Shown one piece after another: positions 39,661 to 53,682 of a stretch of DNA of 64,000 nucleotides. Under the pieces are notes generated by a model, which had not been told where the DNA came from, searched no databases, and saw only the letters and a list, made by a program, of their open reading frames with translations. Positions within the stretch are counted from its first letter, which is position 1. Every line of letters begins with the position of its first letter. The stretch comes from Octopus bimaculoides (Eukaryota), in assembly GCF_001194135.2 (NCBI RefSeq), contig NC_068981.1, forward strand, positions 49,278,827-49,342,826. The letters run 5' to 3'. The translations under genes and the position numbers were made by a program.

Positions 39661-41404
39661 ATCTAACAGATGTTTTAATGTCAATGTAATTTTTGATTGT
39701 ATAAATGTATAGTCATTTAGTTGCTAAGATTAGTATCGGATGGATTCAAGGGCTACTATTTCCGTGCAAATACACGTGTCTATATTCAGCTGTGCAATGT
39801 GGAGACTGTTATATAGGAATAATACACTGTGACAATCTAATTAAAATAGCAGCATTTAACATTATAACTCTAGATGTCAAGTTGCAATTTTCACACAGCG
39901 ATATAGCAACATACATACGTGTAGGAAATTGTAATCTATAGTCTAAATGCTTCCGTTTCAGATTCTTGATTCATTGCGATATCCTACTAACATGCTCCAA
40001 TCTTATTTATTACAATCTTCCCACAGCCGTTTGTAATAAATTGCTCAAGAACGCGTAACAAAGGTTTACAGCAACACAACAGCACAGATATGACACTTTA
40101 CATATTTAAATATATATTTCCTTTCATAAGTGTATATGCATGCCGTGCACTTATACATAAATTCAGTCTTCAGAACTAGTTTCATGTCCAGGTTAATAGT
40201 GAATATATCAGTTGCATTATAAATGTGTATTAAAGCCGGAATATAGTTATATGACATGTTCATTTTACGTACATTTGCAATAAATTTATAGAAACCACAT
40301 AAATTTACCTACTGAACAATGGAGAAATAATATTGCATAATCAGTTGCCAGTAATCATTCGTCATCACACATGTCTCTAGATTAGATGTCTTATTATTTT
40401 TATGAGGACTTAGAGAGCAGTGAGTAAATTAAATGAATGTTCTTGAAACTAAAACCCTCGCAAGAATATCTATCACGTGTTACTAGCGTATATAGAGTAT
40501 TTTACAAGAGCATAATACATTCTGTTATATTTCTAGAAAGAAATGATTCATATATACATAATTACATGTGTTAAAAAGGTTTATATAAACCACCCACAAA
40601 CATATATCTCATTTCAAAAATCGATATGCTATATTCAGCTTATATTATATTATATTACGTTCTAAACAACATTCCTTTAGAATTTCAAAATGTGCGTGTG
40701 GTTTTCTTACACGAAATATCACACATGAATTTAATCAGTTATATTCAAAATGCCGCTTGGGTGAATATAATAACGCTTTGTGAATTTCGGTATAAAAGTC
40801 TACTCTCTTCCTGCGCATATATGATTTCATGTACGTGTGTATGTATGCATATATATANNNNNNNNNNNNNNNNNNNNNNNNNNNNNNNNNNNNNNNNNNN
40901 NNNNNNNNNNNNNNNNNNNNNNNNNNNNNNNNNNNNNNNNNNNNNNNNNNNNNNNNNNNNNNNNNNNNNNNNNNNNNNNNNNNNNNNNNNNNNNNNNNNN
41001 NNNNNNNNNNNNNNNNNNNNNNNNNNNNNNNNNNNNNNNNNNNNNNNNNNNNNNNNNNNNNNNNNNNNNNNNNNNNNNNNNNNNNNNNNNNNNNNNNNNN
41101 NNNNNNNNNNNNNNNNNNNNNNNNNNNNNNNNNNNNNNNNNNNNNNNNNNNNNNNNNNNNNNNNNNNNNNNNNNNNNNNNNNNNNNNNNNNNNNNNNNNN
41201 NNNNNNNNNNNNNNNNNNNNNNNNNNNNNNNNNNNNNNNNNNNNNNNNNNNNNNNNNNNNNNNNNNNNNNNNNNNNNNNNNNNNNNNNNNNNNNNNNNNN
41301 NNNNNNNNNNNNNNNNNNNNNNNNNNNNNNNNNNNNNNNNNNNNNNNNNNNNNNNNNNNNNNNNNNNNNNNNNNNNNNNNNNNNNNNNNNNNNNNNNNNN
41401 NNNN

Positions 41405-41439
<35 letters not shown>

Positions 41440-42379
41440 CTGTGTATATTTGGAAATGCACACATCCACACACACACATACATATATATGCACGTAAACA
41501 GAGAGAGAGGGGAGAGAGGGAGAGAAACAGACACAGATACATGTAGATAGAAAGACAGGCAGTCACACATACATATAAATAAATGGATAGATAGTCATGT
41601 CTATTACATACACACACACACACACACATACATGCGTAGGTATGTATGAGTGAGTGCTCCTTATCCATAAATTGCAAGCTTAACGTATTTTTGGCAGATT
41701 TAAAAGTGTGAATTGCTATTCTATGAGACTTCTCTTTCTCCAACTTAGCATGTGATTTTTAAAAGATCTGAGATGATAAACAGCATAAAAGATACCATTA
41801 CTCGGTGTTCAATAATGTGTGAATGCTACAGAAATTGACAGAGATTTAGTATATGAAATCAAATGATCACCGAGTGCAGGTTCGAAGTAAAATAAAAGGA
41901 ACTTTTGTCTATTACAAATATGACGAACGGAGATGAGATTTTGAGCATGAAGACCAAGCGTTATTCAGGAAAAAAGGGTCATATTCTGGTAGAAGGCCAG
42001 TAATCTTGAGAGTAGCAGTCACTAGTTACCAGTGCAGTACATGTACTTTAAAAGTAGGTTGTTGAAGGAATGTACTGTTGGGAATAGCCTGAGCCAGTAG
42101 CGAAGAACAAGTAAGCGCCATCAAATTAAAACGAGAGAAAGAAAAAGATTTAGGTGAAAAAAAAACTTTAAGTGGCCGTCATAACAAGAGAGGAAGATGC
42201 AAAGAAAGCAAGGGAGAATGAGAGAGATAGGAGGAAAGTGATAAAATGCGATAGCGAGCCAAACAAAGAATATAAAAGTGAGCAGAAGATATAATAGTCA
42301 AAGCAACAAAGGAAATTATCTATCGATAATCAATAATAAAATGGTTTATGCACTAGATCATCCTGTAGTTGCTGTCATA

Positions 42380-42549
<170 letters not shown>

Positions 42550-42978
42550 TTGTATAGTGTACTACCGCTTATTCGTAGAACTAACGCTTGTTCGCGGAAA
42601 CCAACCATCACATATTCGCAGAAACGCAAATATTGTCCGCGATATTTCCTGGCATTTTTTCATGGCAATATATACATTTCACACTTTTTAAGGCTAAATC
42701 ATTAATAACAATATGGCGTAATTGCCGGCTGACTGGACACCCATTCGCAGTTGAGGCTCCCTCTGATTAGAATAGCCGCGCATCACGTCACTTGAATGTT
42801 TTAGATACAAGTACACTGTATGTTGCATCTCTTATTCTTGCATTCAATCAAAGGTTGCTAATTAGTATAGGGATATCTATTTATATTTTACACATCCACA
42901 CTCTCTCTCCCTCTATTACTATATTTGTCGCTGAACAACAGCAGCCTCTCATTCAAGTGAAAGTATATATATATAATA

Positions 42979-43635
42979 CAAAATGGGACAAGAACTCAAA
43001 ACATCCAGACAATTAGGTGATACAAGAAAGGGACCAAACGTGCAGATATAGGAAACAAAGAAAACACGGACATGTCATTCGGAGTTTCCTCTCTTCAGTC
43101 GAGATCCAGATTATCTTAGCAATTTCGGCTGGTTATTCTCGATATTGCTCCAGTCTGGCCAGCTCCAAGGAAAAGCTAAGCTAAGTGCATTAGGTTCCTT
43201 GGAAGAAAGCAGCGAATGTATACAAAATCAAGGACGAAAAAAACGAACAATGTTACACAAAAACAGTAGGAATAATAACACAACACAAGAACAGATGTAT
43301 TTCAACTAAAGGCGAATACAATTAAGCTGGTGTATGTAGAAATAAGGCCTTACAGCCGGGATACAAGATTTCCCAGGCACAGGGAGAAATAACGATGTTT
43401 CACGCACAACGGCCGCCCAAAAAAAGGTCAAGCTTGGCCGAACACCGGTCACCTGGGAAGAGAAGAGATAGAGGTAGAGACAGTGAGACAAAGGAACTAT
43501 GGAGAGGCGAGAAAAATTACAGGGATACAGTGAAGGGAAAAGGGAAAAGTGGAGGCAGGAGAGAAGGCAAGGGAATGTGATCGAGGGAGAATGAAAGAAC
43601 GAACAGTGGAATGAACGAATAAGGGTAAAAGATCT
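42979..43635 (-). mobile_element. Longer copy of the probable Penelope pLTR repeat with hammerhead-like motif
   Basis: Homologous to 34721-34892. It continues as purine-rich (+ strand) sequence like the pLTR of the 44610-48359 element. The right boundary is uncertain. Confidence 0.6.
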
Positions 43636-43648
43636 GATGTGTGTGTGT

Positions 43649-43696
<48 letters not shown>

Positions 43697-46600
43697 TTGA
43701 GGTGTATTCCGTTAAGAACCTATTAGAGTACAAAATAGAACTTGTTCGCCGTTTGAATTACGAGATAGCCGGCGATGTTATGTTATACTGCCAATTCTAG
43801 GCTTAGGCATTCCTCGGGTGTGAAGAATAAAAAAAAGAAGGAAATAGAGTCAAAAGGAAGAAGGTGTACCATTTGACAGCTGTTTAATAACCACTACACA
43901 GGTTTCGATGCAACATAGATCCACATATATACAGGATTTAGATTTATATTAAGTAACGGTGTACCTGCGTTAAAGGACCTAGTTGTATATCCTCAGATGA
44001 TATATAATCACTGTATCTGTATATAAGCGTTCGATTTCGATACTATCACATCCAAAATATAGCTGAAATGTACAGAAAAACACAAGACGAACACAGGTGT
44101 ATAACTAACAGGAATGTGTATTAGTTTGACGCTCGGGAAGGTGAGAAAGAGTTTTACATTTACAAACGTAGGTGCGCGTGCGTATGTGTATGTGAGAGTG
44201 TGTAAGTGTGTGTGTGTGTATGTGTGGATAGGGGCTGATGACTTTGACTTCTGGATGTGTGCGTGTGTAAATGTGAGCGGTTGTAATGTGCGATTGTTTG
44301 GGGGCTGCGAAGAGGCCAGTACTAGTGTGTGCAGAGTGGTGTGGTACAGGTTGTTGGAGAGGGGGGTTATTTGGGTGAGGATATGTGGGTGAAGATTTTT
44401 TCAGAATGAGACAAAAAAACAAAGCTGTGAAGATTTTAGAACAAATACAAATAGGAGGTCTTACAGCTGATTCCGGAATATTTATTATATCCCTCAATCG
44501 GAGACGGTGTGAGAAGATGATTAAGCAATAGTTAATTTAGCTAGGATATGAAATAGAATGTGAAGTGGGGGAATGAAAATAGATGTGAGATATGCAGGAA
44601 TATTGCATTTGTAGATCCATTATTTAGGCAGAATTGTATACATATAAGATTCCAATACCTTGTGAGTAAGCTCCAATAGTATTTAAAATTGGTCATTCCA
44701 AGTATGGGGTTTGTATACAGTACTATTGAATCGAGTGTTTTATTTAAAGTGACCTATAAGTAGGGAATGTATCTGTGAATTCAAATCGAAAACAAGAGAG
44801 AGAGGAATAAAGAAATAAGAAAATAAGAAAAACAGGTAGAGAGGAATAAAGAAAAGAAAATAGAAAAAAATACAAGGAGAGAGATAATAAAGAAATGAAG
44901 ACAGAGAAAGTATACCACTTAGTGGTCAGTCAAGTAACTTGAAAGAAGGATTGAGGAGATGAGTGTGATAGAGAGAGAAAGATAGTATGCTGTAAATAGA
45001 TGATAGGGTAAAGGGTAAAGGAGTGTCAGATAGAAAGAATGGGGTGATAGAGAGAGTGGAATAATAGTATAAAAGGTAAAGGAGTGTCAGTTATATAGTG
45101 ATAGAAACTAAGTGATGGGGCAGAGAAAGAGAGAGGGGTGGTAGTATGGTGGAATGAAGAATTTAGGAATATGGACAGGTCAGTGCTTAGTAGTAGAAGA
45201 AAATATATGTGAAGATATATACATATGCATATATTAGACATGCATATATATTTATACAAATATTTATACATATCAATATCTACATATACAAATCATATGT
45301 ATATGTACACATGCACATCTATATATACGTGCATCTGTATGTATTATCACCCCTGTACACGCAGGTATATATACATTGCATACATGCATACATTCACATA
45401 TACACGCATATACACACTCATACATACACACTCACATATGCATGCACGCATATACACACGAATATAATTAGATGGTTGTGATATTCGATAGGAATTAGAT
45501 GGGGATTAGGAGTTAAAATGTAGATTTATAAGGTTATTGAGATTACCTAAGGGGTATTGTGGAAATATACTGTACGGTTATTTAGGCATTTGGATTAGTG
45601 GTAAAATGTGTATGTGTGAAAAAAACGCTGGCTGCATGTGCGTCGTGCTTCATTATGCTTATTTAACTGTGCTGGAGAGTTGTGAGTTAATATGTGAAGA
45701 GAGTTGTGCTTTAATATGTGATATCCTTCAAGCAAAGCTTGCAGTTTGAGTGTTGACCTCGGTAAGTAAGCCTTGAATCCAGTATAGACCATGATAGGGT
45801 GTATTTGTATTTTTGAGATGATGTGTGTGGTTAGCGAGCGTTGTGGATTTACTATGTTTATCGTATCTAAAAGAATGGAGGTGAGCGGCATATCGCTGCT
45901 TAATATATTTGGTTGATCTTATGTAAATGGTTGTAGAGTTGTGTAACAGATTAAGGACAGTGCATTTATAAATTATATTATATCTTCTGCAATGGGTTTG
46001 TAACGGGCAGATGGTTCCAGGACGGCAATTACAATTAGGTGAATTTTGGTGAATGTGTTCAGGAATAGTGGATAATATCGTCAGAGGTGAAGTTAGAGAA
46101 GGCGTAGAAGATTCCAGATTATTAGTATTATTAACGTTATCATTGCCATCATTGTTATTATTACTATTGTTGTTATTAATTGTACTATTTGTAAGGGTGG
46201 TAGAGATTGTGGTGGTGTTCCGGGTAGTGTCAGTAGGATGGGTTGTGTGTTGGTTGTGGTCTAATTTAAAAGTATATGTGCTGGAGCTGTGTGTGTGTGT
46301 TGAGTGTTCGAATGACTAGAGTTGTATTTGTGTGAGTTTGATAGTAAAGAGAAAGGTTTTGCTTATTAAAGGCTGCTACAATAGATTCGAAATTGGGTGG
46401 GGTAGGGTAATAAATAGAATATTTACTGTCGAGGGAAGTTAGAGTCTAGAATTTTAAAGAAGGATTTAGCTAAGTTCTTAACGTTTAGTGAGAATGGGTG
46501 GGTGTACGATAGAATAGAGCGTCCACTGCTTTTTTAGAGAGTCTGGGAGTAGTGTTATCTAAGATTCAAGATAAAGAAGTGCTATCTATATTTTTGGAGA

Positions 46601-46766
46601 ATGTATGTGAATGGCGAGGCCTGCTGTTGTTAGGTGTTTTAGTTGATTTCGTTTTTGACATAGTGCTAAATTAATGTGTGTGGGGTATAGGTTGTCTAGA
46701 TGTAAGACCTTCTAGGGTTCCATCGACGAGTGTGTGTGGTTGGTTGCGATTGTAATGGTTGGTGCG

Positions 46767-46830
46767 TGTTTGAGATGTGATTTGAGATATATATTGTTTG
46801 AGATGTGATTTTAGATATATATTGTTTGAG
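46767..46830. repeat. 28-bp tandem duplication inside the Penelope ORF
   Basis: TGTTTGAGATGTGATTT(G/T)AGATATATAT occurs twice plus a partial third copy. Confidence 0.9.
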
Positions 46831-47920
46831 CCTGGTATTATGGAGGTATTCTATTTGTTGGGAAAAGCCGCTAGCAGCCAGTGCTTTATTATAATATGGT
46901 GCGTGATTATTGAAATTTCCTAAGGTCGAATATGCGGGTTGAGTTGTCCTTGGCTATGTTATCGAAAGTGGATTTGTGGTGATTGGAGTGGATGTTAAGG
47001 TATTTAAGATATTAATTAGGTTTGTGGTAAGGAGATTATTGGGAGGTTGGTACGTTTTGTGTTGCGTCAAGGAAGTTAGCAGGTTTGTGAGCGTTTTTGA
47101 ATGTGATAGATAGGTTTAGGTTAGAGAATAATTTATGTAGATCCTTTCTAGCTCTTTCTATGGAGGATTTATTTATAGTCTTGTTAACTAGTAATGCGTC
47201 GTCCCTGTATACGCCTCTCTTGATGTTAGGGAAATATATATGGAGCTAACGTAGTATATAGAGTCCAACTAATTCATTGACCTGAGCTGAATCAGATGAT
47301 CCCATGGTTATGTCGAATATGTTACTATGGTTATTGTTATTATGATTGGTCCGGTACCAGAGTTTGTTTTCAAAAGAAATAAGGGTTTTGTAGGCATTAA
47401 GTATTTTGTTAATTTTTAGTGGGGTTAGGTTAGTACGGTTCCTAACTAGAAGAAGAGCTTGATTAAGAAGTTTAGGAGAAATAGAAAAGTAGTAATTATT
47501 TATGTCTAATTGTAGGAAGGAATATGAATTTTTTGATCTTTAGAAGGTGGAACCATGCAATAACTTCTCCAGTGTGGGGCCATAGGTTAACATTTAATTT
47601 GTCCTTGACGATTGGTATTATTTTGTCCAAAATGATTTTGCTTATCCTTCCTAGGTCGGATTTGGTAGGGTATATTAGGTGTACTGAAGGTTTGGTAATA
47701 AAGGTTAATGTGTGGAGGTGCAGGACAGTATGGTTCGGTTCGGTCATCCACTTGTAATTACCTCATAAGTTTGCAGTGGTGGGTGTTGATTTCTTTTAGG
47801 GCAGATGTTGGTGCCAGCTTGTAGGATTTGGTGAGTTCTTTCTTTCTGAATTTTGTGTATTCGTCAATGGTAATGAGGTACATATTTCCTGTTTTATCCG
47901 AGAAGACCCTTTTCACAACC

Positions 47921-47924
<4 letters not shown>

Positions 47925-47975
<51 letters not shown>
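47925..47975. repeat. (CT)n microsatellite at the Penelope 5' truncation / inverted-repeat junction
   Basis: Directly visible. Confidence 0.95.
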
Positions 47976-47979
<4 letters not shown>

Positions 47980-48764
47980 TCCTCTCCCCATTCTCACTTG
48001 CAAGTTTTCTTGACTGACCACTAACTGGTACACTTTCCCAGTCCTCATCTCTTTATTATCTCTCTCCTTGTTTTTCCTTTTTCCTTTTTTCCTTTTTTCC
48101 TGTTTTCTTTCTTTTCATTTTTCCTATTTTCCTGATTATTTTCATTCTTACTCTCTTATTTATTCCTCTCTTCCTGCTTTCCATTTGACCTTAAAAATAC
48201 GTTCCCTACTTATAGGTCACTTTAAATAAAACCCTCGATTCAATAGCACTGCATACAAACTCTATACTTGGAATGCCTAATTTTAAATACTACTGGAATT
48301 TACTCACAGGATATTGGAATCTTATATGTATACTATTCTGCCTAAATAATGGATCTACATAAGTGTGTGTTTGTGAATGTGTATATATACATATGTATAA
48401 TGTATATGTATGAATATATGTGTGTGTGTCTGTGTGTGTGTCTGTGTGTGCGTATACATATATATATTCTTTCATATGGCTGGGGTCATACTCGAGTACC
48501 GCCAAGTATATCATATTCCCAAGGTTATCTTTTTAATTTATGATAATCTTTTACTGAAGGATTTATTTGGATATTGCTGTGTTTGTTGCTGTGATAGACT
48601 CATGTGGGACCTTAGACAACATAAGAACATGTACCATTACTGAATTTAGATTTCTCAGACGTTTTGGTAAGATAATAAATAGCTGCTCGCCCTTGAATCC
48701 CTAGCTCTTTCAGCATTTGGCTATCAATGTGGATGATATGACTGCGACCTGTCGTATAGTGCAG

Positions 48765-49045
48765 TGACGTCAAGTTCGGGAGCTCCTATAGTTATAAATG
48801 TTAAAGTTTTGTGCCAGGCTCTTCCATACATAAGATAAATTAAATGCATTATTATGTAGGTGGCTATAGCAACTAAAACCGAAAAGATAAAATTAGTAAA
48901 GGAGGGTGCAAAGTAGCACCTAGAATTGCGAGAGTCAAAATTTAATTCGAACAGCCACACGAAAACACTAACCTCATGAAATATTGAGGACAGCGAGCAG
49001 CAAGCCACAACATCTCTCTTTGGTGAGATACACTCACACAATGAG
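48765..49045 (+). promoter_or_regulatory. Candidate CRE+TATA promoter and first exon
   Basis: TGACGTCA (48765-48772) lies 20 bp before TATAAA (48793-48798). Donor-like sites follow: TTTG|GTGAGA (49022) and GAG|GTAATT (49045). Confidence 0.45.
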
Positions 49046-49324
49046 GTAATTCAATAAAATCTTTTCACGTGATTTCTCGTAAGAGGTTTCTACAATTACT
49101 CCAGGTTAAATGAGATAGCCTGCCTCCCATTCGTTCACGAGAGAAAAAAAACCTTGAAAAGCGAGCGCTAAAATTCAAAACGGTGAATTCAATAGTAACA
49201 TGCAATATATATAGCATTTACCTGTTTATCATTTCCTGCTACGTGTTTTGTTTGAAAAAAATTGCCAATCACATGAATAAATTAACGTCTTCCTCACACG
49301 GTGCATTGAAGGCTGAGTTATAAG

Positions 49325-49333
49325 TGTGCGTGT

Positions 49334-49397
<64 letters not shown>

Positions 49398-49455
49398 TAC
49401 AGACAGACAGAGGCAGACAGAGAGAGAGAGGACGTGTGTTTGTGTGTGTGTGTGT
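49325..49455. repeat. (GA)n/(GACA)n/(TG)n microsatellite
   Basis: Directly visible. Confidence 0.95.
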
Positions 49456-50108
49456 TAGATATGATTTTCAGTGTGTGCATGGAAGATTCATGTGAGTATA
49501 GACAGAAATTATTCACTTAATGTAATCGTAAGTAGCCTATTCCGAACAACTCCGATAGGAAATAAAGTTTGTCGAATAATTACATTCAATACCTATATAA
49601 AACTAACATACATATTTCGTATTATTACTGTATATACATTATCAATATGCAAACTTGTCAGCCATGCAGTTTCTGTCGCCGTGTCACGCATTTGATCACT
49701 GTATGTAATGTTTCAACGTCAATAGACGGATTTATCTAACAGCTTTATATTTAAGGTAATGTTATATTATAAATCATATTTGGAATAGTTTTTAAGCAAC
49801 ACTGTACATTAGCTTACAAATATACTATACACATTGAAAATTAAAGCTAAAAGAAGAGCTAAAAGAAAAACTTAGTATTTCTATAAATGGAGATATACTG
49901 GCTCATACAAATTTATTCACATGACGTGAACGTCATATTATTTGTTTATATATGTATGTATCAAGTCATCTATTTATAAACGTTACAGATACCAAAAAAA
50001 GCATATATTTAAACACATGTTCATGCGCACACTCAAAACCTAAATAACCAAATACGAAAATATGAGATGCTTAAAACACTACAAGTTCAAAGCCGTATGT
50101 ACACACAC

Positions 50109-50195
<87 letters not shown>

Positions 50196-51791
50196 NNNNN
50201 NNNNNNNNNNNNNNNNNNNNNNNNNNNNNNNNNNNNNNNNNNNNNNNNNNNNNNNNNNNNNNNNNNNNNNNNNNNNNNNNNNNNNNNNNNNNNNNNNNNN
50301 NNNNNNNNNNNNNNNNNNNNNNNNNNNNNNNNNNNNNNNNNNNNNNNNNNNNNNNNNNNNNNNNNNNNNNNNNNNNNNNNNNNNNNNNNNNNNNNNNNNN
50401 NNNNNNNNNNNNNNNNNNNNNNNNNNNNNNNNNNNNNNNNNNNNNNNNNNNNNNNNNNNNNNNNNNNNNNNNNNNNNNNNNNNNNNNNNNNNNNNNNNNN
50501 NNNNNNNNNNNNNNNNNNNNNNNNNNNNNNNNNNNCACACATATCGAAATTTCATTTGGTATATATATATTTACTACGATAGTCATTTTACGTAATTTAG
50601 ATATGGTTTAGCTATCTAGGGGATACGTTTCCCTATAACATAAAAGTACAGCACACATTAACTTCAAACACTAAATCGCTTCTAGCAGCAGACCAAAGTT
50701 GGCATACAGTTATATATTAAAATATTACTTTATTCATCTTATAAACGTATTAAAATGGTTTGAGCACTGCTGCTTCTGTCTGTTGATTCAACCAACATTT
50801 GAACCAATCACAAAAATTCAGTGTATATGGATAAAAGAATCCCTAATATTTGTTTGTTAATTAGTGCTATTCACTGAAGACTGTTAGCATTAAGATAATA
50901 CACAAAGGCTAGCGTGATGTTAGTTCAATTTCTAATCAGCCGTAATAGGACTGCAAATGTAGTTACGATGCTTTCAGCATTTCCAAGTCTTTCAGGCGCA
51001 TAAAATAAATTCATGCACTGTATTCCAAAGTCATGCGCAGTAATGTTATTATACTTGGCAATCAATACTTCCTTCATTCATTTTTAATTTGGCTTCTCAC
51101 TTTGTACTCAACTCTCCTGCTTCTATATAAACTCATCTCTTTATCGTTATAATTCCTCACCTCCTGCGCTCATACATTTTCAAATTTGCACCATTTCTAT
51201 GTAATAATTTCCACAACACACAGACACTCGCGCGAACAAAAACTTACGAAAACCTGTATGTATAAATATATGTGTGTATGTATGTATGTATATATTACTA
51301 TGTAGGTGCATTTGTATACAGTTCACACATATTCTAATAATATGGAATTCTAGCTAATTTTTAGACATTAAACAAATTTTTCAGATATCGCTTACCATTT
51401 TATTAATGTGTCCACAATAGAACATTTAAGGATCTTCTCCATTAATCTGTCTAACTGCAATTAATTATTTACCGCTGAAAATCTAAGTGGATACATTGTA
51501 TAGGTAGGTAATGCTCTTGTCTCATTAGATACATGCATACACATAAATGCGTATATACGTTTACATAGAGCCACTCTCTCTATATATATATGTGTGTGTA
51601 CAAGTGCATTTATTTGTTTATTTAGGTTATAATTCTAAAGCAATTTTCAAAATAACAACTAAATATTTATGATACTGAGAATCAATATTAAGAGTAGTGT
51701 TAAAATTATTTTTGACTAATTTAATCACTGGCACATACACTCACACGCACTCACACACACGCACTCAACTCGCCTCACATGTATATATTTG

Positions 51792-51826
<35 letters not shown>

Positions 51827-52147
51827 CTGTGTGTGCCTGTGTGTGTGTGTGTGTGTGTGTAGTTAGTTATAATATTTTGCCATTACTCTTAGTATTGATT
51901 CTTTGATAAATATTTAACTTTATTTTTCAAATTGCTTTATAATAACGTGAATCGCTGAGTCAGCGCCGAGACTGTCTAAATTTATTGGGCAGACAAAATC
52001 AATAATTTTGTTAGTCACTTCGGAAAAGAAAAACACTATCTCTACATAATAACAACCATTACTATTCCATCCTTTTTTGCTCTTTGCGGCATTTGAGTTG
52101 CGAATAAATCTGACTCGAATATGCAGCAAAATGAACCGATCGTGTAT

Positions 52148-52540
52148 TTTTAATATGCTACGGAACTATGGTGGCGAGAAGGTAGGATCATTAGCACGTG
52201 GTTGATTTTGCATTTCACTTTTCCGGAGTCGATAAAATAAGTATCAGAAGCGTACTGGAGTCAATGTAATCCACTTATCACTCAGCTGAAATTGCTGAGC
52301 TTGTGCGAAAATGTGAGACTATTATTTTTTGTGGAAAATGCTCCTAGAATCGTTAGGACACCAGGTAAAATGGGTGTTGGCATTTCTTATCTCTTTACCT
52401 TGTCAGTTCAAATTCTGCCGTGTCCGAATTTGATTTCATCTTTTCGGTATCGATAAAACAAGTATGACTTCAGCACCGGGGTCGATGTAATCGACGTATC
52501 CCACTCTGAATCTACTCGTCTAATATCAAATGTGAAACCA
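52148..52540 (+). mobile_element. Two tandem degenerate SINEs (Nin/Deu-like)
   Basis: Two successive GTCGATAAAAxAAGTA..CTGGxGTCxATGTAATC motifs, each with a head remnant (52148-52320 and 52335-52540). Confidence 0.8.
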
Positions 52541-53682
52541 ATGTTTATGCAACTCAAATTCATGCTTTAAATTAGTTATCTGCACGTCAGGGGACCTGTT
52601 ACTGGATATTTTTCAGCTACCCATCATTTTTCTCTATCACTAAATATTTAGAACGAGTGTGGATATGCACGAATGAAGCAAATGCATTTTCTGGTTATCT
52701 AATTGACCCTAGTATGTAAATGACACCATTCAGACACGTATAAAATTATGGATTGATATACATTTATATACGCTTCATCCTTCACATAATCACTGACTCA
52801 AGACAAATTATACAATGGAATAATATATAATCACAAATTGATATATAAGAATTTTACGCATTGAAGACAGCTGTCGCACGCGAGTAAATATAGCGTGATG
52901 GCAATTAAACTTTTTCGGTAATTGCATAGGTTGGGTATCTAGTCACGAGCAGACATATATGTTGTTACTTAAATCTAACCTTTTAACCAATGGAACATCC
53001 ATGATATGATAGAATGAAGAACAAGGAGGCTATCCTAACATCAAAACACTATGCATTAGGCTTTGTAAACTTAGCAAACAGAAATGAAATGCTTAGTCTA
53101 ATGAAATATAATGCACCAACTTTTCCAAGAATAGAACCTAGAATATAATCTATATTTCAATCATAGTTAAGTTCTATAGCCCATTTCATCTTTTTTTATT
53201 TCATTTTTGATCATAATTTAGCCACTTAAGAAAAGATATTCCGACCTGGGTTTTTTATGAAAATATCACTATGAGGTGTACGATATACGGCTAAACGATT
53301 ATATATATTTATGTATTTATGATACTCATAAGAAGCTTGAAACAAGGATTTTGTAATCAAAATGTATGGATCATTAAAACGTATTCAGTTGATAGGATTA
53401 GTTGAATTAGATATCATCTATATTTCATTGTTCAAATCAGGTTGTTAATTGTGTCACCTTGTGTTCAGAATCCCCATGTTGTGTGGACCGCATAATTCTT
53501 TTTAGGATATCTAATAGACTATAAGTTGGTAGATGCAATAAGTGAAGTTGTAACATGGAACAGCCACTTTGATGTGGCAATTGACATTACTTGTTAGTAT
53601 AGTGACTACTCTGATCTCTTCTTGAGATTTTACAACTAGCTATTTTGCTTGTTGCAAATCAGTGACCGATGGACGCTTTGTT

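Larger units (their letters stand above)
44610..48359 (-). mobile_element. Penelope-like retroelement, 5'-truncated RT plus GIY-YIG ORF (about 47905 to 45590), bracketed by ~365-bp inverted repeats
   Basis: Minus strand: DKTGNMYLITIDEY; PTKSDLGRISKIILDKI; FDITMGSSDSAQV; GVYRDDA (about 47200); NCNCRPGTICPL..NIIYKCTV..IYIRSTKYIKQRYAAHLHSF..STTLANH..CKLCLK. Segment 44610-44975 is the reverse complement of about 47975-48359. Confidence 0.93.

Noticed and set aside
44910-44940. GACCAC-TAA-GTGGT hairpin in the Penelope inverted repeat as a hammerhead
   Set aside because: CUGANGA and GAAA cores are absent in both arms.
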